Source: an uncultured Nitrosopumilaceae archaeon
Lineage (GTDB): Archaea; Thermoproteota; Nitrososphaeria; Nitrososphaerales; Nitrosopumilaceae
Assembly: GCA_964475825.1 (NCBI GenBank)
Contig: CAYYXT010000007.1
Location: 5,137 to 37,136, forward strand
DNA: 32,000 nt
Direction of reading: 5' to 3'
The translations under genes and the position numbers were made by a program. The stretch's first letter is position 1. Each line of letters opens with the position of its first letter. Under the pieces are notes generated by a model. The model was not told where the DNA came from. It saw nothing but the letters and a program-made list of their open reading frames with translations, and did no database searches. This document shows, in pieces, positions 17,628 through 25,629 of the stretch.

Positions 17628-17863
17628 AGAACTAAGCTTTAAGCTTTATGAAAGACGTGTTGCAGATTTTTGTGAGTAAAGTGGGGGGGACTTTTTACTG
17701 ATTGTCGATAAACTCATGTGGAGAAAGAATAGTCCTTTTCTTTTTGAGTAATCTCTACTATATTATAGATAGATTTTATAACTATCTGTTCATTATTCAG
17801 AGCAGTTCTGATTATGGACTCTAGATATTTGAAAGTATTCGCAGTAGTAATGATGATTAACTA

Positions 17864-18412
17864 ATGATTGTAAAAATAGTCGTTATTTGTATTGCTGCAT
17901 TGGTTATTGTGGGTTTTTTACTTTTTAATGCATTTGTATCAGAACAGGAGTTTCACATTCATGATTCCCTGATTTCCAAGATTGCACTTTGGGTAGCATT
18001 AATAGTTTTGATTTTAGCTCTATATATTATTGGATTTACAAAAGATGTACATCGTTTTTTAATTCCAACATTAGCCATGGGTGTTGGAATTGTTCATGTT
18101 TTGTTGGCACCTGAACACTATTCCCGAGTGGGATTTGAACAAAGCGTATTCTTTTTAGGGCTTGGAACATACCAGTTAGCATTTGGATTATTATTCATAA
18201 AAGGTTCAAGACAACTATCAAAGATGACAATTGTAATTATCACTGCAAGCATTTTCTTATACTTTATAACAAGATTTGATGTTAATGTCAAATCATTAAT
18301 AGTAACTGAAGGCATAGATTCTATTGGCATAATGACCAAAACTATTGAAGTATTATTGATTATAGGCCTAGCATATCATCTAAAAAATATTAGAAAGGGG
18401 ATTACAAACTGA
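17864..18412 (+). CDS. Hypothetical integral membrane protein (about 5-6 TM helices)
   Basis: 182 aa with repeated hydrophobic ~20-aa segments (IVVICIAALVIVGFLLF, IALWVALIVLILALYIIGF, and others). Confidence 0.6.
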   Translation: MIVKIVVICIAALVIVGFLLFNAFVSEQEFHIHDSLISKIALWVALIVLILALYIIGFTKDVHRFLIPTLAMGVGIVHVLLAPEHYSRVGFEQSVFFLGLGTYQLAFGLLFIKGSRQLSKMTIVIITASIFLYFITRFDVNVKSLIVTEGIDSIGIMTKTIEVLLIIGLAYHLKNIRKGITN

Positions 18413-18600
18413 ACATATACGATAAAAAACAAATCAATTGTTACAAATGTGGAAAATGGGTTGGCGAGATAATATATGATGCAGAAATTATTTGTCCCAA
18501 GTGTGGTGATTGCGCAGATCCATTTCCAAAGGGTGATGATTTGTTACCAGTACCTATAAAAAGATCACATGAAAAAGAATCACTCAAGCAAAATGTGTAA
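18409..18600 (+). CDS. Zinc-ribbon small protein/domain without a canonical start codon (open frame from 18394)
   Basis: My translation of frame 1: (KGDYK)LNIYDKKQINCYKCGKWVGEIIYDAEIICPKCGDCADPFPKGDDLLPVPIKRSHEKESLKQNV*, giving C-x2-C-x17-C-x2-C. There is no in-frame ATG/GTG/TTG upstream of the first CxxC. The nominal 5' end was set at the CTG at 18409. Confidence 0.4.
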   Translation: MNIYDKKQINCYKCGKWVGEIIYDAEIICPKCGDCADPFPKGDDLLPVPIKRSHEKESLKQNV

Positions 18601-18893
18601 CCTTGCACCAAAAGAGATCGCGGCTTTATGATGAAATATGTACTAGAAAACATAAAAGAACATCAAGCATATCAGAGTAAAACCATGTCAACAACTAGAA
18701 TCAAGATTGGAGTCGTAGGTTTCAACCCTTGTTATGATGGATTTGTGTGTTTGACATTCTAATCTTAATAAGAATATTGTGCGTAGTTATGACATTAATG
18801 ATAAACCAATCTATGATTAGCTTAATGATTATATGATGATTAATACCTCCTAGAGATTCTATAATATTATATTTGATACTATCAACTACCAAT

Positions 18894-19217
18894 ATGGAAT
18901 TACACGAAAAAAAATGCATACCATGTGAAAGCGGAGGAACACCGTTAACAGATATTGAGGCAAAAAAGAAACTTGAAAAGGTCATTGGCTGGAAACTAAA
19001 TGGAAATAAAATAGAAAGAGAATTTGTTTTTCAGAACTTTAAAGAGGCAATAAAATTTGTAAACAATATAGCACAAATTGCTGAGGAGGAGGGTCACCAT
19101 CCAGATATTCATATTCATTGGAACAAAGTTATGTTGGAACTTTGGACGCACTCGATGAAAGGATTAAGTGAAAATGATTTTATTGTTGCAGCAAAGATAA
19201 ACACACTAAAAGTTTGA
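18894..19217 (+). CDS. Pterin-4-alpha-carbinolamine dehydratase (PCD/DCoH family)
   Basis: MELHEKKCIPCESGGTPL ... EEEGHHPDIHIHWNKV ... (E-x-x-x-HHP-D signature). I prefer the ATG at 18894 over the track's TTG at 18873. Confidence 0.85.
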   Translation: MELHEKKCIPCESGGTPLTDIEAKKKLEKVIGWKLNGNKIEREFVFQNFKEAIKFVNNIAQIAEEEGHHPDIHIHWNKVMLELWTHSMKGLSENDFIVAAKINTLKV

Positions 19218-19465
19218 CTAAATTTTCACATCTCTACTAATTGTATTGCAATTAGAGATTTAATTAAAAATAATTATGATAAAGACACAGAGCAAAAGAA
19301 GATATTCAGAAGGTATGTACATAAAGGGAAATGAGAATCTTTACTGTTACCTAATAATCATGATGAAAATTACTAGTGAACAGTTGATCACTTTTGTATC
19401 ATTTAATGCAATACCGTTTATTATCAGTAATATTCTTATTCGCAGTAGTAATAGAGATTAATTAT

Positions 19466-19612
19466 ATGACTGAATGTGATATTTGTCAACACTACATTCC
19501 AGATACAGACCCATTAGATAACCCATTTCCAGATTCGTTAAAAAAAGTTATGCTAAAAAGACATTTTTGGGACAAGCATCCAGATAAATACAAAGAGAGA
19601 TTTAATTCCTGA
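19466..19612 (+). CDS. Small hypothetical protein (48 aa)
   Basis: The ATG-initiated part of track ORF 19394-19612: MTECDICQHYIPDTDPLDNPFPDSLKKVMLKRHFWDKHPDKYKERFNS. The composition looks protein-like, but there is no family assignment. Confidence 0.35.
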   Translation: MTECDICQHYIPDTDPLDNPFPDSLKKVMLKRHFWDKHPDKYKERFNS

Positions 19613-19682
19613 ACACCAAAAAGAATCACTCATACAATTACTGCATGGAAGACAAGAAACAAACTGCATAGAAATAATTGAA

Positions 19683-19871
19683 ATGATCATTGCAGAATAT
19701 GAAAAAATCAAAACAATTACCGTTCCTTTGGAAGATAAAAATGATCTATTTGATAACCTTTTGACAGTATTGTCTGACAGTTTTTGTCAGGGATTAGGAA
19801 CAAAAGAGGTAGAAGTCTTATTTCAGAACAATAAAAAAGAAAAGAAATATCACAATATATTGTGTCTCTGA
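19683..19871 (+). CDS. Small hypothetical protein (62 aa) overlapping the cofE start
   Basis: Track ORF with no recognised motif. A 10-nt overlap with the next gene suggests coupling if the ORF is real. Confidence 0.3.
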   Translation: MIIAEYEKIKTITVPLEDKNDLFDNLLTVLSDSFCQGLGTKEVEVLFQNNKKEKKYHNILCL

Positions 19872-20638
19872 CCGTGTCACCATTATTTTCAGAAAGAAAA
19901 GAAGGCGAATTTGATGTGTTTGAGGCATTATTAGAGACATTAGACAAAAATGATGAAAGACTACAAGAAGGAGACGTTATAGTAGTATCAACAAAATACA
20001 TCTCTAATTCTCAAGGAAGATTGATTGATTTAAACAACGTCAAGACATCAAAAGAAGGAACTGAAGTTTCTAAGAAATTTCAAATAAAAGCTGAAATTGC
20101 AGAGATAATTTTAAGAGAATCGGATAAAATTTTTGGTGGGATTTCAGGTTTTGTTATTACTTCAGCAGATAACATAATGGCTCCAAATGCAGGAATTGAT
20201 AAATCGAATGCTAAAAAGGGAAAAGTAATTTTATATCCAAAAAATCCGTATCTCATAGCAGAACAAATTAGAAGGAAAGTTTTTTTAAAATTCTTAATCC
20301 ATGTAGGAATTATTTTAGTAGATAGTAGATTGATGCCATCTCGTATTGGAACATCAGGTGTAGCAGTATCATGTGCAGGGATTGAGCCAGTATTAGATAT
20401 GAGATCTGAAAAAGATCTTGATGGAAACCCATTGAAGGTAACTTTCCAAGCAGTTGTAGATAATCTTGCAACAATTGCGAATCATAAAATGGGTGAGGCT
20501 GCAGAATCGAAACCATTTGCAATTGTTAGAGATTCAGGAGCAAAACTTACAGATAGAAAAATCAGCCCAACAGAGATGGCGATATCTCCAGATCAGTGCG
20601 TATACGTTAGAGGTCTAACAAATCCAATGAATCACTAG
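19862..20638 (+). CDS. cofE: Coenzyme F420:L-glutamate ligase
   Basis: 258 aa with a GTG start. Contains GDVIVVSTKYISNSQGR, NAGIDKSN, VDSRLMP and NHKMGEAAESKPFAIVR, matching the CofE fold motifs. Confidence 0.85.
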   Translation: MSLTVSPLFSERKEGEFDVFEALLETLDKNDERLQEGDVIVVSTKYISNSQGRLIDLNNVKTSKEGTEVSKKFQIKAEIAEIILRESDKIFGGISGFVITSADNIMAPNAGIDKSNAKKGKVILYPKNPYLIAEQIRRKVFLKFLIHVGIILVDSRLMPSRIGTSGVAVSCAGIEPVLDMRSEKDLDGNPLKVTFQAVVDNLATIANHKMGEAAESKPFAIVRDSGAKLTDRKISPTEMAISPDQCVYVRGLTNPMNH

Positions 20639-20686
20639 AATTTGAATTGGTTCTGCTTTAAATAGAGGTTTTTTGAGGACAAAATT

Positions 20687-21235
20687 ATGGAATACCTAAC
20701 AAGATATCCCAAAACAATTTCATTTCTGGATGGATTAAAACACAGTATTGACATAGATAGTAAAGGAGTGGAACAGCTTCACATTGTAGTTAAGAAGAGC
20801 TTTGATGAATTAATGAAAATTTTCACAGATGAAGGATTTACTAAAGTCAAATTAGAACATAAACAGCCTAACCAAATTGGAAACGGTTTGAATCTTAAAC
20901 TAAAGAAGCCTTGGGAAATGCATGTAAGAATGGTAGATCTTAAAAAAGGATTAATCGGGATACATGCAGAAGTTGAAGTTTCAAGAGATTACCTTCAACA
21001 CTTAGTATCACAAAGAACACCTGTGGTATATGAAGTGGAAGAGATATTGAAAAAATACCAGGTAGATTATAAAATCTGGCATGATAAAATCAAAAAAAAT
21101 GTTCATATGATTTTTGATAATTATAAAGTAAAGCTTGCAACACCCAGCATTCCAGTTTTTGCATGGAAGCCAATGTTATTTGTAATTGGAACAATTTGCA
21201 TATTTTACCTATGGAAGTTTATCAACACCATCTAA
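20687..21235 (+). CDS. Hypothetical protein with a C-terminal transmembrane anchor
   Basis: 182 aa. The C-terminus PMLFVIGTICIFYLWKFI is a single TM helix. A TATA-like TTTAAATA lies 22 nt upstream of the ATG. Confidence 0.6.
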   Translation: MEYLTRYPKTISFLDGLKHSIDIDSKGVEQLHIVVKKSFDELMKIFTDEGFTKVKLEHKQPNQIGNGLNLKLKKPWEMHVRMVDLKKGLIGIHAEVEVSRDYLQHLVSQRTPVVYEVEEILKKYQVDYKIWHDKIKKNVHMIFDNYKVKLATPSIPVFAWKPMLFVIGTICIFYLWKFINTI

Positions 21236-21268
21236 AATAATCAAAAAAGAAAATAAAAAATGGACAGA

Positions 21269-21595
21269 TTATATGCCCAAGGTTTCTTCTTTGGTTAATT
21301 CAAGATAGACTTTATCGCCTACAGATAAACCCATTTCTTTGTATTCATGCATCTCAAGTTTTAGTTGTGTTACACCGCTTTGCATACCCACACCACCCAT
21401 TCCAGAGAACATTTTGTTGAGATCCTTCATCATATCATTCATGTTAGTGAATCCCATCACTTTTGAACCACCAAAAGGAGAAGGGGTAGATGTTGTTCCT
21501 TCTTTAAGGTCTTTAACGGAAGATAGAGAGACGACAACATATGGTGCACCGTCAGGTGCAGCATCAATGCTTCTTACTACAAATTCCTTTTTCAT
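21269..21595 (-). CDS. Hypothetical protein (108 aa) with a Met/Gly-rich central segment
   Basis: Clean ORF. The central segment is NMNDMMKDLNKMFSGMGGVGMQSG. No family recognised. Confidence 0.55.
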   Translation of the reverse strand: MKKEFVVRSIDAAPDGAPYVVVSLSSVKDLKEGTTSTPSPFGGSKVMGFTNMNDMMKDLNKMFSGMGGVGMQSGVTQLKLEMHEYKEMGLSVGDKVYLELTKEETLGI

Positions 21596-21636
21596 TAGTT
21601 GACATTTCTTGCTCCATAATTTTAATTTTGAGGAGG

Positions 21637-21659
21637 ATCTAAGCCTACCTAGGCTAGAT
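21637..21659. promoter_or_regulatory. Near-perfect inverted repeat ATCTAAGCCTA-CC-TAGGCT(-)AGAT in a divergent intergenic region
   Basis: Read directly from the sequence. It is a GC-rich palindrome centred between divergent starts at 21595 (-) and 21697 (+). Confidence 0.3.
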
Positions 21660-21696
21660 TTGAAGCTTTAATTACAATTTTCATGATTACCAATTA

Positions 21697-22233
21697 TTGA
21701 CTGACGAGAATCTGAAAATATTCCTACAATATTATGGAATATCACCGTGGGAGATTGAAGTAATTTACGGGTATTTGAATTCTAGATTTTCAATTATTCA
21801 AGAAGAGATTGAAGCAAACGATGATAATTTTGTCAGTTTTTTGAATTTAGATATACCACTTGCTTTTAACGAAGAATTTTTCAAATGGTTTGATTTTAGA
21901 CGCTGGGAAAAAATGAAAGCTATTTTCAAAGAGATGAAAAGACGTAGAGGTACTGGAAATGCTTTAAAGATAAATATTAATTTTTTAGGAAAACCAAAAA
22001 TAGTTTTTGTGTTAGATACTGAAGATAAACAGTGGTATGATAATGCAATTGAAAAGATAGATTTTGTTTTAGAATTGCTCCCATATCATCTAGATCCAGA
22101 AAAACTACCATCAGACGTTTTAGAAATAATTTATAAGTTTGATCCTGAATCAATAAGATGGCGTCTTAATACTGCAACATCAGAAAATAAAAAATATGTT
22201 TTCAGAGGAGACAGTTGGAATACAATTACTTGA
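21697..22233 (+). CDS. Hypothetical protein (178 aa)
   Basis: Track ORF with a TTG start. Composition is protein-like and no motif is recognised. Confidence 0.55.
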   Translation: MTDENLKIFLQYYGISPWEIEVIYGYLNSRFSIIQEEIEANDDNFVSFLNLDIPLAFNEEFFKWFDFRRWEKMKAIFKEMKRRRGTGNALKININFLGKPKIVFVLDTEDKQWYDNAIEKIDFVLELLPYHLDPEKLPSDVLEIIYKFDPESIRWRLNTATSENKKYVFRGDSWNTIT

Positions 22234-22660
22234 GATCTTTTTGAAGTGGTTCAAGTAAACCGTGTAGTTCTTTGTATTTTGATTCTAAAAATTCCAATGC
22301 ATTATCGAGTTTTTTTGATTTACCATATTTATAGCGTATTAGTTCACGATGGTGCCAAAATGTTTTTCCATTCTCGACTGAAATAGTTGTGAAGTAATCA
22401 GTTCCTTTCAAAGTGTCTGGAAGTTTAATATCATATGGGAAAAGGAGTTCAACAATAAACCATTCATCTCCATCTGGATAATCAGAACCAGTATCCACAT
22501 CAAAAAACACATGGAGTAAATCAGATTGCATCAAGCCATCGTCATTTATAGAAGGATGTTTGACTCCTGATTTTTTAAAATCAAGATTAACGAGTTGGGG
22601 CTCAAAGAAACCTTTGATAATAGATTTTCTAAATATTTTATTTGCCTCGTTTATGTTCAA
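22226..22660 (-). CDS. Hypothetical protein (144 aa)
   Basis: Track ORF that overlaps the 21697-22233 gene convergently by 8 nt. No motif recognised. Confidence 0.55.
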   Translation of the reverse strand: MNINEANKIFRKSIIKGFFEPQLVNLDFKKSGVKHPSINDDGLMQSDLLHVFFDVDTGSDYPDGDEWFIVELLFPYDIKLPDTLKGTDYFTTISVENGKTFWHHRELIRYKYGKSKKLDNALEFLESKYKELHGLLEPLQKDLK

Positions 22661-22686
22661 CAGTAAGGTGATCTACAAATAAACTA

Positions 22687-22711
22687 GTCTATAACTCATT
22701 AGGTTATAGAC
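22687..22711 (-). terminator. Hairpin GTCTATAAC-N7-GTTATAGAC just downstream of the OFOR beta stop, followed on the minus strand by a T-rich tract
   Basis: Perfect 9-bp stem read from the sequence. The minus-strand continuation is TAGTTTATTTGTAG. Confidence 0.4.
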
Positions 22712-22714
22712 ATT

Positions 22715-23677
22715 CTAAACTCTGAGGGAATCAAGTATTTCTGAAACATCAGTAATAGGCAATCCATTTTCTGAAATCCTTTGTTTTGCCGGAGGGTTTT
22801 CAAGATAATTTGGGATTTTATCAGTTAGTCTAGTCGAATATTGAGAAATTATTTCGTTTTGATAAAATACGCCTATTGGGATTTTATTTCCCCATTCCAG
22901 AGATTTAATCAAGGCTTGAGATAGTTTTTCATTAACTTCTGTCTCATCGTCATAATGTACAATAGGGTCAAAATGTGTATCTTCAAGTTTATAGATTCTA
23001 GAGTGTCTTTCCATAGATTCTTGTGCTAAATCAACTCCAGCATACCAATCTCTGGTATTGATATCATTGTAAGTTGGACATGGTTGTAACACATCAAGAA
23101 AAGAAAGACCTTTGTGACGAACGGCTTTGATTATCAGATCTTTCAGATGTCGAACATCATAAGAATAACCACGTGCTATAAATGTAAAACCACTGACGAC
23201 TGCCAATCCAATAGGATTTACGTTATAGTTTGTGTTTGGAGAAGGAAGTGATTTTGTTTTCTCACCGAGCCTTAAGGTTGGGGAAGCTTGTCCTTTAGTT
23301 AAACCATATACTCCGTTATCAAATATTATGTAAGTCATGTCAATATTACGTCTTCCAGCTGCAACAAAATGACCAGCCCCTATTCCCAATCCGTCACCAT
23401 CGCCACCTACTGCTACAACAGTCATCTCAGGATTTGCAAGTTTTCCACCTTGGGCAAAAGTCAAAACTCTTCCATGTAGTGTATGAATACCATATGTGTT
23501 GATAAAATGAGATGTCTTTCCAGAACAACCAATGCCAGAAAAAATTGTTGCTTTATCGCGTTCTATTCCCATTTCGGCTAATGCCATTTGTAATGCATTA
23601 ACTATTCCAAAATCCCCACAACCAGGACACCAATCATTGTGTACTTCAGTTTTGTAATCAGCTAGTTTAAGCGCCAT
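22715..23677 (-). CDS. 2-oxoacid:ferredoxin oxidoreductase, beta (TPP-binding) subunit
   Basis: 320 aa. Contains WCPGCGDFG, GIGCSG and the GGDGDGLGIG TPP motif. Confidence 0.9.
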   Translation of the reverse strand: MALKLADYKTEVHNDWCPGCGDFGIVNALQMALAEMGIERDKATIFSGIGCSGKTSHFINTYGIHTLHGRVLTFAQGGKLANPEMTVVAVGGDGDGLGIGAGHFVAAGRRNIDMTYIIFDNGVYGLTKGQASPTLRLGEKTKSLPSPNTNYNVNPIGLAVVSGFTFIARGYSYDVRHLKDLIIKAVRHKGLSFLDVLQPCPTYNDINTRDWYAGVDLAQESMERHSRIYKLEDTHFDPIVHYDDETEVNEKLSQALIKSLEWGNKIPIGVFYQNEIISQYSTRLTDKIPNYLENPPAKQRISENGLPITDVSEILDSLRV

Positions 23678-25592
23678 GACTTAGAACCTCTCTTTTATTT
23701 GCTTTATTTTCAACTATCTTTTTTAGTGAATCATAAATTTCAGTACTAGTCATTCCTCTTCCAGTATATTTTAGTATAAAATAATCAATTTCCCGGGATA
23801 TGTTTTGCTTGAAGATCTTGCCTAGTTGTCCTGAATGATTTGCCTCAATGTCAATGATGGTTTTTGTATCTTTTAGAAGAGACTTGACATAATCAGATGG
23901 GAAGGGATGAATTAATTTAATTTGAATAAATCCAACATTAATCCCATCTTTTTTAAGCATGGAAATAGCATCCAAAATTGGGCCTTTAGTAGAACCCCAA
24001 GAAATTATAGTGTAATCATGGACACCAAATGAAACAACCTGTTCATCATCTGGAATTCTTTTTATCACCAAGTCTAATCGAGACATTCTTTTATCCATCA
24101 TTTTGATACGAACCTGAGGATCTTCTGTAATATGACCAAATTCATCTGATTCATCTCCAGTATTCCAAAAAATACCATTATCTAATCCTAACCTAGAACG
24201 GGGGGAAATTCCATCATCAGTAAAAGCAAATCGCTTGTATTCCCCATCTACTTTATCTAACAATAGACCTCTATTAATAGAAATCTTTTGAGGATCAAAT
24301 TTTTTGCAGGTAACAACAGAACTTGAAAGAAATTTGTCCATCATATGGATAACAGGAATTTGATAGATATCGGCATAATTAAAACATCTTCCAGTGTCAT
24401 AGAAACTTTCCTCAATATCACCAGAGGCATAAACAATTTTTGGAAAATCACCATGTCCAGCATGTACTGCAAAGAGTAAGTCATCTTGTCCATGTCGGGT
24501 AGGAAGACCTGTTGAAGGTCCACTTCTTTGATACAAAGTAATTACAATTGGAACTTCGTTAATTCCAGCCCAACCAAGTGCTTCAGTCATTAATGCAAAT
24601 CCAGGTCCAGAAGTAGATGTGGAAGAACGTGTACCAGTTAATGCAGCGCCAATCACCATACCCATTGCCGATATTTCATCCTCAGTTTGAATCACAATAG
24701 TTGAGCCAGGTCTATCATTTTGAATTTCTAAAAGTTCATTGGATTCCAGATAGACACTTTCATCAGAAGCAGGAGTGATAGGATAGTATGATTGAAATCT
24801 ACAACCGCTAACCATTTTTCCTATCGAAGTTCCAAAATGACCCTGGACAAGAATGGTATCAGGTTGTTTAGTAGTACCAGTTAAAGTATATTGAAAATTA
24901 CCAAATTTTGATTTAGCATAATCATATGCAAAATTTGCTGCATGTTTATTAATTTCTGCTATCTGAGGTTTTTTTGAAAATATAGAATCAACGGCTTTAA
25001 GTAAAGGATCAAGTGGCATTTTAACTAACCCTAGCGATAAAGAAACAGCAAGTACATTAAACAATCTAACTAATCCTTTTAGTTTTGGATTTTCTGTCTC
25101 TTCAGCAAGATTTGACAATATTTCTCGAAAAGATACGGGGTAAAGATTAACACCTTTCTCTTTTGCAATCTCAAGAACTCCTGTAATTGTAAAAGGTTTG
25201 TTTTTAGATTCTAATTCTTTGTGTAATCTTTCTTTAAAATAATTATCAAGAGTATGTACTTCATCAGTGGTTGTTTTATCTAAATCAGAATCATATATTA
25301 TTCCACCACCTTTAGGAACTTCATTAAAATGTCTGAAAATTGTTTCAGCATCAAAAGAAGCCATTAAAGTAACGTCATTTACATTTGAATGAATTTCTTC
25401 ATCAGAAACTCTAACTGCAAAATAACTATGTTCTCCCTTAATATTAGAATAAAATTCTCTCTTACCAAAAATCCTATATCCCATCTCGGCACAAACTTTA
25501 GAAAAAATATTAGCTCCAGAATCCACCCCACTTCCTTGCGGACCTCCAATTAACCAAGTAAAATCAATAGAACTCATATACAATCTTCTCAT
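23667..25592 (-). CDS. 2-oxoacid:ferredoxin oxidoreductase, fused alpha/gamma subunit (Sulfolobus-type two-subunit enzyme)
   Basis: 641 aa. Gamma-like N-terminus GGPQGSGVDSG, YYPITPAS and GAALTGTRSSTSTSGPG. An 11-nt overlap links it to beta. The true start may be the ATG at 25577. Confidence 0.9.
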   Translation of the reverse strand: MRRLYMSSIDFTWLIGGPQGSGVDSGANIFSKVCAEMGYRIFGKREFYSNIKGEHSYFAVRVSDEEIHSNVNDVTLMASFDAETIFRHFNEVPKGGGIIYDSDLDKTTTDEVHTLDNYFKERLHKELESKNKPFTITGVLEIAKEKGVNLYPVSFREILSNLAEETENPKLKGLVRLFNVLAVSLSLGLVKMPLDPLLKAVDSIFSKKPQIAEINKHAANFAYDYAKSKFGNFQYTLTGTTKQPDTILVQGHFGTSIGKMVSGCRFQSYYPITPASDESVYLESNELLEIQNDRPGSTIVIQTEDEISAMGMVIGAALTGTRSSTSTSGPGFALMTEALGWAGINEVPIVITLYQRSGPSTGLPTRHGQDDLLFAVHAGHGDFPKIVYASGDIEESFYDTGRCFNYADIYQIPVIHMMDKFLSSSVVTCKKFDPQKISINRGLLLDKVDGEYKRFAFTDDGISPRSRLGLDNGIFWNTGDESDEFGHITEDPQVRIKMMDKRMSRLDLVIKRIPDDEQVVSFGVHDYTIISWGSTKGPILDAISMLKKDGINVGFIQIKLIHPFPSDYVKSLLKDTKTIIDIEANHSGQLGKIFKQNISREIDYFILKYTGRGMTSTEIYDSLKKIVENKANKREVLSHGA

Positions 25593-25629
25593 TTTTTTTG
25601 GATATTAATAATATGATGGATAAATTGAA

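Noticed and set aside
17850-17857. C-box-like AATGATGA (and a second ATGATGA at 18833-18839) suggesting C/D box sRNAs
   Set aside because: No D box (CUGA) lies within about 40-80 nt downstream on the same strand, and no terminal stem is present. The first copy overlaps the start region of the membrane-protein gene.
18441-18653. Minus-strand 70-aa ORF from the track
   Set aside because: Its translation (MFSSTYFIIKPRSLLVQGYTF...) has no protein-like features. The opposite strand encodes a textbook CxxC...CxxC zinc ribbon, so I judge the minus ORF to be its antisense shadow.
18628-18762. 44-aa ORF MMKYVLENIKEHQAYQSKTMSTTRIKIGVVGFNPCYDGFVCLTF, whose RIKIGVVGF resembles the start of a Rossmann-fold oxidoreductase
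   Set aside because: It is too short and the resemblance too generic to call a gene or a pseudogene remnant. It would need a homology search.
18722-18985. Minus-strand 87-aa ORF overlapping the PCD gene start
   Set aside because: It is Ile/Phe-rich and low-complexity (IIIKLIIDWFIINVI) and overlaps a well-supported plus-strand PCD gene and its AT-rich promoter.
19276-19461. 61-aa track ORF (MIKTQSKRRYSEGMYIKGNENLYCYLIIMM...)
   Set aside because: Its composition is weakly protein-like and no motif is present. I kept it only as context in the small-ORF finding rather than as a feature.
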